DNA of 64,000 nt, from the NCBI GenBank assembly GCA_965223415.1, contig OZ245002.1:2944001-3008000 (forward strand), written 5' to 3'. The stretch is from Myxococcota bacterium. GTDB taxonomy: Bacteria > Myxococcota_A > UBA9160 > UBA6930. Positions within the stretch are counted from its first letter, which is position 1. The number at the start of each line of letters is the position of its first letter. Shown one piece after another: positions 32,144-42,478 of this stretch. The position numbers were made by a program, and so were the translations under genes. Below the pieces are notes generated by a model. It was not told where the DNA came from. It ran no database searches and saw only the letters and a list, made by a program, of their open reading frames with translations.

Positions 32144-34372
32144 ATGCCCTCCGCCCCGGCTCCCGGCGTCGAGCGCGTCCCCTCCATCTGCCGCTTCTGT
32201 CACGCGAACTGCGGAATCCTCGTGGACCTGGAGCAGGGGCGGCCCGTCCGCGTCCAGGGCGACCCGGACAACCCCGCCTACCGGGGGTTCACCTGCGCCA
32301 AGGGCCGCAGGCTCCCGGAGCAGCACGCCCATCCGGATCGGCTGCTGCACAGCCAGAAGCGGAAGGAGGGCGGCGGCTTCGCGCCGATCCCGAGCGCGAC
32401 CGCCATGGACGAGGTGGCCCAGCGCGTCTCCGCCCTGATGGCCGAGCACGGGCCGCGGTCGGTCGCGCTCTACGTGGGCACCTACGCGGGGCCCCACCCG
32501 GCGTCGATCCCCTTCGCGGTGAGCTGGCTGCTGGCAGCGGGCTCGCGCATGGTGTTCACACCCTCGGCGATCGACCAGCCGGGCAAGCACATCGCCAACG
32601 CGATCCACGGCCGCTGGCTCGGCGGCTCCTACGTATTCGACGAGGCGGACGCCTGGATGCTGGTCGGGAACAACCCGCTCATCTCCATGTCCGGCGGCAT
32701 CCCGCCGTCGAACCCGGGCCGCCGGCTGCGCGTGGCTCGCGAACGGGGCTTGAAGCTCGTCGTCGTCGATCCGCGCCGGACCGAGGTGGCTCGCTTCGCG
32801 GATCTCCACCTCCAGCCCCGTCCCGGCGAGGACCCGGCGCTGCTCGCGGCCATGCTCCACGTCGTCTACCGGGAGGGCTGGGTGGACGAGGCCTTCGTGG
32901 CCGCGAACGTGGACGGCGCGGAAGCGCTGGCCGAGGCGGTGCATCCGTTCTCCCCCGAAGTCGCCGCGGCGCGGGCCGACGTGCCGGCGTTGGCCATCGA
33001 GGAGGCGGCGCGGATCTTCGCCACCGCCCGCCGCTGCTGCGGTGTGGCGGGCACCGGACCCAACATGGCTCCCCATGGCAACGTCACCGAGTACCTGCTG
33101 CTCGCCCTGAACAGCGTCTGTGGGCACTGGCGGCGGGAGGGCGAGACGGTGCCCAACCCGGGCGCGCTGCTGCCCCGCGCCACGCCGAAGGCCCAGGCCC
33201 TGGCGCCCCGCGCGGGCTGGGGCCGGGGCGAGTCCCTGCGCTCGCGTCCCCTCGGCAGCTCGGCCGCCGGGCTGCCGACCGCGGCCCTGGCCGACGAGAT
33301 CCTCTACGAGGGCGAGGACCGGATTCGTGCACTGCTCTGCGTGGGCAGCAACCCGGTGGCGGCGTGGCCGGACCAGCGCAAGACCCTCGAGGCCATGGAC
33401 CGGCTCGACCTCCTCGTATGCCTCGACCCGAAGATGGCGGCGACGGCCCGCCGCGCCCACTACGTGATCGCACCCCGGCTCAGCCTGGAGGTTCCGGGCC
33501 TCTCCGTCTCGAGCGAGGCCATCGAGCAGACCTACGTGGGCATCGGCTATCCGGAGCCCTACGCCCAGTACACGCCGGCGCGAGCCGTGCCGCCCGCCGG
33601 CTCCGACGTGATCGAGGAGTGGGAGTTCTTCTACGGGCTCGCCCAGCGGATGGGGCTCGAGCTGAACCTCTTCCCGCTCCGGCCCGAGACCGGCGTGCTG
33701 CGGGACCGGCGCGAGGCCGTGCCCGTCGACATGGAGAAGATGCCCAGCACCGACGAGGTGCTCGGCCTGCTGATGAACGGATCCCGGGTTCCGCTGGAGG
33801 AAGTCCGCCGCCATCCCCACGGCCGGATCTTCGACGACGAGACGGTCCCGGTCGCGCCGCCGGATCCGGAGGCTCGCGACCGGCTCGACGTCGCCAACGA
33901 GACGATGCTGGCGGAGCTGGCCGGGATCCGGAACGAAGCGCCCTACGGCGCCGAGCCGGCACGACCCTTCCGCCTCGTCTCACGTCGCATGCCCAACGTC
34001 TACAACTCCTCGGGCCGCGACATCGAGGCCCTGCAGAAGGGCCGTCCCTACAATCCGGCCTACCTCCACCCGGACGACCTGGCGATGCTCGGGGTCGTCC
34101 CGGGCGAGACGATCGAGATCGCGTCGGAGCGCGCCTCGATCCTGGGCGTGGCCGCGCAGGCTCCGGAGCTGCGCCGGGGCCTGGTCTCGATGGCCCACGG
34201 CTTCGGCGACGCGCCCGAGCGGGATGGCGAGCTCCACCGGCTGGGGAGCAACACGGGCCGTCTCGTCAGCAACGAGGAGCATTTCGATCCCCACTCCGGC
34301 ATCCCGCGCATGAGCGCGATCCCGGTGGCGGTGCGGAGCGCACCGGCGCCGCGGCCCGTGCCGTCTACCTGA
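32144..34372 (+). CDS. Molybdopterin-dependent oxidoreductase with N-terminal 4Fe-4S
   Basis: CRFCHANC..C.KG; VDPRRTE; GSNP; LHPDD C-terminal domain. Confidence 0.9.
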   Translation: MPSAPAPGVERVPSICRFCHANCGILVDLEQGRPVRVQGDPDNPAYRGFTCAKGRRLPEQHAHPDRLLHSQKRKEGGGFAPIPSATAMDEVAQRVSALMAEHGPRSVALYVGTYAGPHPASIPFAVSWLLAAGSRMVFTPSAIDQPGKHIANAIHGRWLGGSYVFDEADAWMLVGNNPLISMSGGIPPSNPGRRLRVARERGLKLVVVDPRRTEVARFADLHLQPRPGEDPALLAAMLHVVYREGWVDEAFVAANVDGAEALAEAVHPFSPEVAAARADVPALAIEEAARIFATARRCCGVAGTGPNMAPHGNVTEYLLLALNSVCGHWRREGETVPNPGALLPRATPKAQALAPRAGWGRGESLRSRPLGSSAAGLPTAALADEILYEGEDRIRALLCVGSNPVAAWPDQRKTLEAMDRLDLLVCLDPKMAATARRAHYVIAPRLSLEVPGLSVSSEAIEQTYVGIGYPEPYAQYTPARAVPPAGSDVIEEWEFFYGLAQRMGLELNLFPLRPETGVLRDRREAVPVDMEKMPSTDEVLGLLMNGSRVPLEEVRRHPHGRIFDDETVPVAPPDPEARDRLDVANETMLAELAGIRNEAPYGAEPARPFRLVSRRMPNVYNSSGRDIEALQKGRPYNPAYLHPDDLAMLGVVPGETIEIASERASILGVAAQAPELRRGLVSMAHGFGDAPERDGELHRLGSNTGRLVSNEEHFDPHSGIPRMSAIPVAVRSAPAPRPVPST

Positions 34373-36422
34373 GCGAGCGCGGAACCGGGAGCCGGGAGCG
34401 ACGTCTCCGGGACGTCCGAGCGGCGAGGAGGGGGAGGAGCACCAGGAGCTCGGCGCCGAGGCCGCAAGCGGTCTGGGTGGTTTGCTCGCTGTCGCGCCAG
34501 GGCCGGCCCACGCACTGGGGGTCGGGGCCGTTCGGGTCTGCGCCTCCGGCGCCGAGGATCGACTCGCCTCCGTCGAAGTCCGTGCCGAGGGCGCCGTCGT
34601 TGTCGAGGCCGTCCTGGCACTGGGGATCCTCCAACGGCGAGGCGGCGCTGCCGCAGCCCGGGTCAACCGGGAAGTCGATGAGCCCGTCGCCGTCGTCGTC
34701 GACGAGGTTGCTGCAGGCGGTGCCGAGAACGGGGGAGAGGAGCGCACCGCCCAAGGCGATCAGGTTCCCGACGTCTTCGCTGCCCAGCGCGAGGCCGTTG
34801 CCGAGCATCTCGTTGGTGATCACGTCGGCGCGACCGTCGCCGTCCAGGTCCCCCGCTGCCGCGCTGTAGCAGAGCACGTCGCCGACGTCGGCGCCGACGG
34901 TGCCGTGGGCGCCGATCACCTCGGTCGCGCGCACGCCGGGCGGAAGCGGCTGGGCCAGGTCGACCTGCGGCGGCCACGGCACGGAAGCGCCGAAGAAGAC
35001 GTGGAGAATGCCCGCCTCGTTCCGTCCCAGGGCGGCGCCGTGGGGCGAGCTGAAGCCCAGGTCGTCGATCCCATCGCCGTCGAAGTCCCCGTGCAGCGCC
35101 GTGTCTCCCGTGATCGCGCCGCCCTGGAAGCCGGGGAAGTCCGTGGTCACCGCGCCCGGTGGCGGGCTGTCGCGATCGAAGACGAGGCCGCGCAGACTCG
35201 CCGCGCCGTAGAACACGTGGGCGGAGCCGGAGGCCGCGCCGGCTCCCAAGTCGGCGACGATGTCGGCCACGAAGAGGTCCGCCGCGCCGTCGTCGTCGTA
35301 GTCGAGGCCGCCCAGCATCTCCTCGCCGAAGGCCACGTTGCCCACACCCCCGTCGATGATCGTCCGGGCGCCCGGCGAGCTGTCGATCTCGAAGGCGAGG
35401 CCCGCCGTCCACGGGTTGCCTGCAAAGTTGTCGTCCCAGGCGACGTAGAGGGTGCCCTCGGCAGTCCCGCCCGTGCCGTGAGCTTGGCTCGCCGGGGCTC
35501 CCTCGGCGGGCAGTGTCGCGCCGGAGCGGTTGAGCGCCGCCGCCGCCATCACCTCGGCCTGGCCGTTGCCGTCGAGATCCGCGACGCCCACCGTCGCGCC
35601 GAAGTGGAGGTGGCTCGTGCCCGGCGGAGGACCGACCCGAGCCACGTGGCCCGCGATGGACGTGCTGCCGAAGTTGGCCAGATCGATCGTGCCGCCCGCC
35701 GCCAGGCGCGAGCCGCCGCGCACGACGTACACCGCACCGCGGTGGACGCCGCTACCCGCGTCCTCCTGATCGGCACCGATCGCGAGATCGGCCACGCCGT
35801 CGCCGGTCACGTCGCCGGTGCGCATCCAGATGCCGAGCCGACCGTACTCCTCGCCGCCGACGATCGTCGTGAGCGTGAGCGCCGCCGGGGGCGCCCGCAG
35901 ATCGACGGCGGTGAGGCCGGCGGCGTGGGTCGCGAGCTCCGGGCCTCCGACCAGGATCGAGAGGGCCCCGGCTCCGGTCCGCCCCGCCTCCGGCGTGTGG
36001 TTCTGGCGGGCGATGAGCAGGTCGCCGACCCCGTCGCCGGTCACGTCGTCCATCCAGATCTCGCTGCCGGCGTTCTCCTGCACGCCGTCGCCGAGGATGC
36101 GCAGGATGCGCGCCTGGGCGACGGCCGTGTCGAGGGTACCCGCGAGGGTTCCGTCGCCGAACACCAGGTACACCTCGCCGGCGGAGCTTCGCCCGAGCGG
36201 GCTCGCCTGCATGGCGGCGAAGGCCAGGTCCAGCGCGCCGTCGCCGTCGCAATCGTGCCCCCCGGCGACGGGAACTCCCTCCGCACCGGTGCCGGTCGAG
36301 CCGTGGACCCGCAGCAGGCCCGGACCAGTAGTGGACACGGTGGCCAGATCCAGGGTGTGGAGCTGGGCGGAGGCGGAGCTCGGAAGGGCGATGAGCAGCA
36401 GGAGCATGGCGAGTCGCAGCAT
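34365..36422 (-). CDS. FG-GAP/integrin-alpha beta-propeller surface protein with Cys/Asp stalk and CGLGxEL C-terminal anchor
   Basis: Signal peptide; seven DxxGDG/DxDGDG-like repeats with G.VY.V.G-type strands; ends CGLGAEL-TM-RRRR. Confidence 0.85.
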   Translation of the reverse strand: MLRLAMLLLLIALPSSASAQLHTLDLATVSTTGPGLLRVHGSTGTGAEGVPVAGGHDCDGDGALDLAFAAMQASPLGRSSAGEVYLVFGDGTLAGTLDTAVAQARILRILGDGVQENAGSEIWMDDVTGDGVGDLLIARQNHTPEAGRTGAGALSILVGGPELATHAAGLTAVDLRAPPAALTLTTIVGGEEYGRLGIWMRTGDVTGDGVADLAIGADQEDAGSGVHRGAVYVVRGGSRLAAGGTIDLANFGSTSIAGHVARVGPPPGTSHLHFGATVGVADLDGNGQAEVMAAAALNRSGATLPAEGAPASQAHGTGGTAEGTLYVAWDDNFAGNPWTAGLAFEIDSSPGARTIIDGGVGNVAFGEEMLGGLDYDDDGAADLFVADIVADLGAGAASGSAHVFYGAASLRGLVFDRDSPPPGAVTTDFPGFQGGAITGDTALHGDFDGDGIDDLGFSSPHGAALGRNEAGILHVFFGASVPWPPQVDLAQPLPPGVRATEVIGAHGTVGADVGDVLCYSAAAGDLDGDGRADVITNEMLGNGLALGSEDVGNLIALGGALLSPVLGTACSNLVDDDGDGLIDFPVDPGCGSAASPLEDPQCQDGLDNDGALGTDFDGGESILGAGGADPNGPDPQCVGRPWRDSEQTTQTACGLGAELLVLLPLLAARTSRRRRSRLPVPRSLR

Positions 36423-36444
36423 GACGTCTTCCTTCGGGCCCCTC

Positions 36445-37209
36445 CTAGCCGCCGGCCCCTCCCATCGACCCGATCGCGGCGAACACCTCCTCGGGTCGCG
36501 CGCGCTTGCGGTAGGTGTCGGCCTGGTAGGTCCAGCGAACGATGCCCTCGCCGTCGACGAGCACGGTGGTGGGGAAAGCGATGTCCTTGCCCATGTTGCC
36601 GCCGCGGTGTCGGATGCCGAGGGCGTCCAGCAGCTCGCCCTCGGCATCGGCGAGGAAGGTGAAGCTCACCGAGAGCCGATCGCGCAGGCGACGCGAGACC
36701 TCGGGCGGATCGACGCTCACCGCGATCAGCTCCACGCCCTTGGAGCGGATCTCCTCGTAGTAGCGTTCGAGCTGGACCAGCTCGGTGCGGCAGAAGGGTC
36801 ACCAGTCGCCGCGGTAGAAGATGTAGAGCTCGGGCGGGCGCGGTGCGCCGGCCTCGCGGGTGCGAAGCTGCTCGTCCTGGTCCAGGAGCGCGTAGGAAGG
36901 GAAGGGAGCCCCTACGTCGATGGCCAGGGAGTGGGGCGGGAGCCAGCTGAGCTGCAGGACGTAGAAGGAGACCGGGCCGACCAGGGCGAGCTCGAGGCCG
37001 ACGACGGGCCAGTGGAACCAGCGGCGGCGGCGGCGGAAGAGGGCGAGCAGGCCCAGGGCCCCACCCAGCCAGAGCGCGCCGAGCACGATCCACGGGATCT
37101 CCGCGTGGATGAGCTGCTCGAAGCCCGGCACCAGCCGATCCGACTCGCCGAGGGCGACCAGCACCCAGCCGAAGGTTCCGAAGACGAGCAGGGCCGAGAT
37201 CCAGAGCAC
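36445..37209 (-). CDS. Membrane-anchored AhpC/TSA peroxiredoxin-like selenoprotein (Sec at TGA 36799-36801), 254 aa
   Basis: ORFs 36799-37209 and 36445-36735 share a frame and join through a single TGA: FYRGDW-U-PFCRTELVQL...LIAVSVD...FLAD...PTTVLVD.EGIVRW. Confidence 0.9.
36768..36784 (-). promoter_or_regulatory. Bacterial SECIS hairpin
   Basis: CGAGCUG-GUC-CAGCUCG perfect 7-bp stem 14 nt after UGA; loop starts with G. Confidence 0.8.
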
Positions 37210-37244
37210 GGCGTGAGGGTAGCGCCCCGGTGTAGCCTCCCGCG

Positions 37245-38960
37245 ATGACCCGAGCCGTCCTCTCCGTCGCCGCCTTCCTATCGCTCCTGCTGCCCTGCGC
37301 GAGCCTCGCCGCGGAGCCCGCCACGATCTTCACGGCGCGGAGGATCCACACCCTGGAGCCCGCGCTGCCGGTCGCGACGGCGGTCGCGGTGGCCGAGGGC
37401 CGGATCGTCGCGGTCGGCAGCCTCGAATCGCTCGAGCCCTGGGTGCGCGAGCGCGGCGCCACGATCGATCGCCGCCTCGAGGACAAGGTGCTCCTGCCGG
37501 GCTTCATCGATCCCCACGTGCACCCCTCGCTCCCCGCGATCGTGACCCAGTTCCCGTTCCTGGCGCCCGACGACTGGTCCCTGCCGACCGGCGAGTTCCC
37601 CGGCGCGCGAAACCCCGAAGCCTTCCGCGCCCGCTTGCAGGAGCTGGTCGCGGCCCACGACGACGCGCGGGTCCCCTTCATCGCCTGGGGCTACCACCCG
37701 CTGTGGCACGGCGACGTCTACCGCGCGGAGCTCGACGCACTCTTCCCCGATACGCCGGTGATGCTGTGGCACCGCTCCTTCCACGAGCTCGTCGCCAACA
37801 GCCCGGCGCTCGCGATGCTCGGCGTGACCGAGCAGGACGTCGCCGGTCACCACGAAATCGTCTGGGAGAAGGGCCACTTCTTCGAGACCGGCGCCATGCA
37901 GCTCGTGCCGAAGATGGCCTTCCTGTTCGACCCCGCCCGTTACGGCCAGGGGATGCAGAACTTCCTGGCGATGGCCCACCGGGGCGGCGTGACGACGGCC
38001 CTCGACATGGGCACGGGCATCTTCGGCAACCCGGAGCAGGAGATCGCCCTCGTGCGCCAGGTGACGGAGCAGAGCCGCGCGCCGACGCGCCTCATCCTGA
38101 CACCGATCATCTCGGACTTCCTGGCGCGAGGTGTCTCCATTCCCGACGCGCTGACCGCCATCGACCGGTGGCGCGAGGGAAACACCCCGCGCGTCCGCAT
38201 CGACCGCCGCTTCAAGCTCATGATGGACGGCGCGATCTTCAGCGGCCTCTCCCGTTTCGGGTTCCCCGGCTACCTGGACGGCCACGAGGGCGTCTGGCTC
38301 GCGCCCCTCGAGGTGACCCGGAAGTGGGCCCAGGCCTTCTGGAACGAGGGCTACCAGCTCCACGCCCACACCAACGGTGACGAGAGCGCCGCGGCGATGA
38401 TCGACCTGCTGCGCGGCCTCCAGGAGGCGAAGCCCCGGCCGGACCACCGCTTCACCCTCGAGCACTTCGCCTACACCACCGAGGATCAGAACCGCCAGCT
38501 GAAGGCGCTCGGCGCCGTCGTCTCCGCCAATCCCTACTACCAGTACATCCTGAGCGATCTCTACAGCGAACGCTGGCTCGGCCCGGATCGCGCCCGCCAG
38601 ATGGTGCGGCTCGGCTCCCTCGAACGGCTCGGCGTCCCCTTCGCCCTCCACTCGGATTGCCCGATGGCGCCCCTCGAGCCCCTGACCCTCGCCTGGGCGG
38701 CGGCGAACCGGGTGACGATCAACGGCAACGAGAACGCCGCCTCCGAGCGCGTCAGCCTGGAAGCGGCGATGCGCGCGATCACGATCGACGCCGCCTGGGT
38801 GATGGGCTGGGAGGACGAGATCGGGTCGATTCGCGCCGGCAAGCGGGCGGACTTCACGGTGCTGGGAGCGGATCCCTTCGAGGTAGGGGCGAAGGGGCTC
38901 CGGGAGATCCCGGTCTGGGGGACGGTGTTCGAGGGGGAGGTGGCGCCCGGCGGCGACTGA
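37245..38960 (+). CDS. Secreted amidohydrolase (Amidohydro_3, YtcJ-like)
   Basis: PGFIDPHVH, KLMMDG, HTNGD, LEH, HSDCP, GSIRAGKRADF. Confidence 0.9.
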   Translation: MTRAVLSVAAFLSLLLPCASLAAEPATIFTARRIHTLEPALPVATAVAVAEGRIVAVGSLESLEPWVRERGATIDRRLEDKVLLPGFIDPHVHPSLPAIVTQFPFLAPDDWSLPTGEFPGARNPEAFRARLQELVAAHDDARVPFIAWGYHPLWHGDVYRAELDALFPDTPVMLWHRSFHELVANSPALAMLGVTEQDVAGHHEIVWEKGHFFETGAMQLVPKMAFLFDPARYGQGMQNFLAMAHRGGVTTALDMGTGIFGNPEQEIALVRQVTEQSRAPTRLILTPIISDFLARGVSIPDALTAIDRWREGNTPRVRIDRRFKLMMDGAIFSGLSRFGFPGYLDGHEGVWLAPLEVTRKWAQAFWNEGYQLHAHTNGDESAAAMIDLLRGLQEAKPRPDHRFTLEHFAYTTEDQNRQLKALGAVVSANPYYQYILSDLYSERWLGPDRARQMVRLGSLERLGVPFALHSDCPMAPLEPLTLAWAAANRVTINGNENAASERVSLEAAMRAITIDAAWVMGWEDEIGSIRAGKRADFTVLGADPFEVGAKGLREIPVWGTVFEGEVAPGGD

Positions 38961-39046
38961 CCCGCCCGGGGACCTATCCTCTCCGCATGCCTCCCGACGA
39001 CCGCGCGGGGCGACCCCGCACCCCTCCCCACGAGCCCATGGAGGCG

Positions 39047-40867
39047 ATGCGCCAGCGCCCGAGCTTCACCCTCGTCTACGTGATGCTGGCCATCCTCGGC
39101 GTCGTGACCCTGCGCGACCTGTGGGTCTCCTACAAGACCGTCGAGCGCATCCCCTACAGCCAGTTCGAAGCACTGCTCGAGCAGGACGAGATCAAGAGCG
39201 TCGTGGTCCGCGGCGACACCATCGAGGGCGAGCTGCGAACGCCCCAGAACGACAAGACGCGCTTCACCACCCAGCGCGTCGACCCGGCCCTGGCCGAGCG
39301 GCTCGAGGGCAGGGAGGTCGAGCTCTCGAGCGTCCCCGAGAACACCTTCCTGCCGACCCTGCTCTCGTGGATCGTGCCGATCGGCCTCTTCTTCCTGGTG
39401 TGGATGTTCCTGATGCGGCGCATGGCCGGGAGGGTGGGCGAAGGCCCAGGGGGCCTGCTCTCGATCGGCAAGAGCAAGGCGCGGGTGTACGTGGAGAGCG
39501 ACACCCAGGTGTCCTTCGACGACGTGGCCGGCGTGGACGAGGCGAAGGCCGAGCTGACCGAGGTCGTCGACTTCCTGAAGGATCCGGCGCACCACGGCCG
39601 GCTGGGCGCGCGCATGCCGAAGGGGATCCTGCTGGTGGGCCCGCCCGGCACCGGCAAGACGCTGCTGGCCCGGGCCGTCGCCGGCCAGGCGGGCGTGCCC
39701 TTCTTCTCGATCTCGGGCTCGGAGTTCGTCGAGATGTTCGTTGGGGTCGGCGCGGCGCGGGTGCGCGATCTCTTCGAGCAGGCGCGCAAGCACGCGCCGT
39801 GCATCATCTTCATCGACGAGCTCGACGCGTTGGGCCGCGCCCGCGGCGCCGGGCCGGCGGGGATGGGCGGCCACGACGAGAAGGAGCAGACCTTGAACCA
39901 GCTCCTGGTCGAGCTGGACGGCTTCGATCCGAGCGCGGGCATCGTCATCCTCTCCGCCACGAACCGGCCCGAGATCCTCGACCCGGCGCTCCTGCGGGCC
40001 GGGCGCTTCGACCGTCAGGTGCTGGTGGACCGGCCGGACAAGCGGGGCCGGTTCGCGATCCTGGAGGTGCACGTCAAGCGGATCCAGCTTGCGCCGGAGG
40101 TCGATCTCGAGCAGGTGGCAGCACTCACGCCCGGCTTCACCGGCGCGGACCTGGCCAACCTGGTGAACGAGGCGGCGCTGGCCGCCACACGGCGCAATGG
40201 CAAGGAGGTGATCCTCGACGACTTCACGGTGGCCATCGAGCGGCTGGTCGCGGGCCTCGAGAAGAAGAACCGGCTGCTCAACCCGCGGGAGCGCGAGATC
40301 GTGGCGCACCACGAGATGGGCCACGCGCTGGTCGCCGCCTCCCAGCCCGGCACGGACCCGGTGCACAAGGTCTCGATCATCCCGCGCGGAATCGGCGCCC
40401 TCGGCTACACGCTCCAGCGCCCCACCGAGGATCGCTTCCTCATGACCCGCGAGGAGCTGGACGCGAAGCTCGCCGTGCTGCTGGGCGGGCGCGCCGCCGA
40501 GTGGGTGATCTACGGCCACCTCTCCACCGGCGCCGCCGACGACCTGGCCAAGGCCACGGACATCGCGCGCACCATGGCCACCCAGTACGCCATGGTGCCC
40601 GAGCTCGGCAACGCCACCTTCGAGGAGCGACCGGCGAGCTTCCTGGGAGAAGCCGGCCCGGTCTTCGGCGGCCGCAGCTACAGCGAGGAAACGGCGACGG
40701 CGATCGACCGGGCGGTCTCCAGCATCGTCGACGGCGCCTTCGAGCACGCGCGAGACGTGCTCGAGACCCACAAGGACGTGCTGCAGGAGAGCGCGAAGGT
40801 GCTGCTCGAGGTGGAGACCCTGGACGAGGCCGCCCTCGGCCCGTTCTTCCTGCGCATGAAGCACTGA
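39047..40867 (+). CDS. ftsH: ATP-dependent zinc metalloprotease FtsH
   Basis: Two TM helices; [26 protein letters not shown]. Confidence 0.96.
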   Translation: MRQRPSFTLVYVMLAILGVVTLRDLWVSYKTVERIPYSQFEALLEQDEIKSVVVRGDTIEGELRTPQNDKTRFTTQRVDPALAERLEGREVELSSVPENTFLPTLLSWIVPIGLFFLVWMFLMRRMAGRVGEGPGGLLSIGKSKARVYVESDTQVSFDDVAGVDEAKAELTEVVDFLKDPAHHGRLGARMPKGILLVGPPGTGKTLLARAVAGQAGVPFFSISGSEFVEMFVGVGAARVRDLFEQARKHAPCIIFIDELDALGRARGAGPAGMGGHDEKEQTLNQLLVELDGFDPSAGIVILSATNRPEILDPALLRAGRFDRQVLVDRPDKRGRFAILEVHVKRIQLAPEVDLEQVAALTPGFTGADLANLVNEAALAATRRNGKEVILDDFTVAIERLVAGLEKKNRLLNPREREIVAHHEMGHALVAASQPGTDPVHKVSIIPRGIGALGYTLQRPTEDRFLMTREELDAKLAVLLGGRAAEWVIYGHLSTGAADDLAKATDIARTMATQYAMVPELGNATFEERPASFLGEAGPVFGGRSYSEETATAIDRAVSSIVDGAFEHARDVLETHKDVLQESAKVLLEVETLDEAALGPFFLRMKH

Positions 40868-40872
40868 GCCGG

Positions 40873-42408
40873 GTGCGACTGGCCGAGCTCGTCCAGACCC
40901 ACGCTGCCCTGCGCCGCACGCGCTCGCGCAAGGAGAAGATCGCGCTCCTCGCGGCTCGGCTGCGGGAGGTGCCGGCGGCGCAGGTGGCCCACGCGGTCGC
41001 CTGGCTCACCGGGGGGCTGCGCCAGGGGCCCCTGGGCATCGGCTGGAAGCTGGTCGCCCGGGTGCGTGAAGCGATGGAGCCGGCGCGGGAGAGCCGCCTC
41101 GAGCTGGCCGGGATCGTGGCCGTGCTCGACGAGATCGCGGAGCTCTCCGGGCCGGGCTCTGCCCGGGCGAAGCAGGAGAGCCTGGCGGGGCTGCTCCGGC
41201 GCGCGACGTCCGACGAGCAGGAGTTCCTGACGCGCCTTCTCCTCGGCGAGATGCGGCAGGGCGCTTCGGCGGGGCTGCTCGTGGAGGCGATCGCCCTGGC
41301 TGCGGACGTGCCGGCCGACGCGGTCCGACGCGCCCACATGGTCTCGGCGGATCTCGGCGCCGTGGCGCAGGCGGCGATCGCAGGCGGCGAGGCGGAGCTG
41401 GCGCGCTTCGGCCTGGCACTCTTCCGCCCGGTGCTCCCCATGCTCGCGAGCCCCGCCGGCGACTTCGACGACGTCTTCGCTCGTCACGAGCGCGCCGCCT
41501 TCGAGTGGAAGCTCGACGGCGCCCGGGTGCAGGTGCACGTGGGTGACGGCGACGTGCGCGTCTACTCGCGCCGCATGAACGACGTGACCGCCGCGGTGCC
41601 GGAGCTGGTGGAAGCGGCCCGCTCGCTGCCGCTCCGCTCGGCGATCCTCGACGGTGAGACCCTCGCCCTTCGCCCGGACGGGACGCCCCATCCCTTCCAG
41701 GTGACGATGCGCCGCTTCGGGCGCCGCCAGGGCGTCGACGCGCTGCGCGCCTCGCTCCCGCTGGCCACCTTCTTCTTCGACGCGCTCCACCTGGACGGGG
41801 AAGACCTGCTGGACGCGCCGACGGCCGAGCGCGCCGCGCGGCTCGGCGCAGCCGTTCCGCAGGGCCTGCGCGTTCCGAGGCTCGTGACCGGGGACGCCGA
41901 GGAGGCCTCGACCTTCTGGGACGACGCCCTCGCCCGCGGTCACGAGGGCTTGATGGCGAAGGGGGAGGACGCGCCCTACGAGGCCGGCGGCCGCGGCTTC
42001 GCCTGGCTCAAGCTGAAGCCCGCCCACACCCTCGACCTGGTGGTCCTCGCCGCCGAGTGGGGCAGCGGGCGGCGGCGCGGCTGGCTTTCGAACCTCCACC
42101 TGGGCGCGCGCGATCCCGCGGCGGGCGGCTTCGTCATGCTCGGCAAGACGTTCAAGGGCCTGACCGACAAGCTGCTTGCCTGGCAGACCCGGGAGCTCCT
42201 GGCCCGAGAGGTCGCCCGGGAGGACCACGTCGTCCACGTGCGCCCGGAGCTGGTGGTGGAGATCGCCTTCTCCGGGGTCCAGACCAGCCCTCACTACCCG
42301 GGCGGCCTGGCCCTGCGCTTCGCCCGGGTTCGCCACTACCGGCCGGATCGGGCCGCAGAGGACGCGGATTCGGTGGAGGCGGTCCGGGCGTTCCTGCCTC
42401 GCGGCTGA
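40873..42408 (+). CDS. ligB: ATP-dependent DNA ligase (LigB type)
   Basis: EWKLDGARVQ, LDGE, EGLMAK, WLKLK, LGKTFKG, ALRFARV. Confidence 0.92.
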   Translation: MRLAELVQTHAALRRTRSRKEKIALLAARLREVPAAQVAHAVAWLTGGLRQGPLGIGWKLVARVREAMEPARESRLELAGIVAVLDEIAELSGPGSARAKQESLAGLLRRATSDEQEFLTRLLLGEMRQGASAGLLVEAIALAADVPADAVRRAHMVSADLGAVAQAAIAGGEAELARFGLALFRPVLPMLASPAGDFDDVFARHERAAFEWKLDGARVQVHVGDGDVRVYSRRMNDVTAAVPELVEAARSLPLRSAILDGETLALRPDGTPHPFQVTMRRFGRRQGVDALRASLPLATFFFDALHLDGEDLLDAPTAERAARLGAAVPQGLRVPRLVTGDAEEASTFWDDALARGHEGLMAKGEDAPYEAGGRGFAWLKLKPAHTLDLVVLAAEWGSGRRRGWLSNLHLGARDPAAGGFVMLGKTFKGLTDKLLAWQTRELLAREVAREDHVVHVRPELVVEIAFSGVQTSPHYPGGLALRFARVRHYRPDRAAEDADSVEAVRAFLPRG

Positions 42409-42416
42409 GTCGGGGG

Positions 42417-42464
42417 TTGCGAACGTTTTAGTCGGTTGTATAATCAACTTAGTCGACCGACTAA
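42417..42464 (+). promoter_or_regulatory. sigma70 promoter with TetR-type operators
   Basis: TTGCGA-16-TATAAT; perfect TTAGTCG-AC-CGACTAA (42449-42464) and degenerate copy (42428-42443). Confidence 0.8.
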
Positions 42465-42478
42465 AGGAGGCCCTCACC

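Noticed and set aside
30514..34869. 1451-aa ORF (+) and 1137-aa ORF 30407-33820 (-)
   Set aside because: Shadow frames over recognisable amidohydrolase and Mo-oxidoreductase genes; Arg/Gly/Pro-rich with no motifs, typical of high-GC DNA
36799..36801. TGA as a nonsense mutation (pseudogene)
   Set aside because: It falls exactly on the catalytic Cys column and has a correctly placed SECIS-like hairpin; Sec is the simpler explanation
39121..40872. Apparent N-terminal extension of the DNA ligase
   Set aside because: Off-frame read of ftsH; ligase similarity starts at 40873
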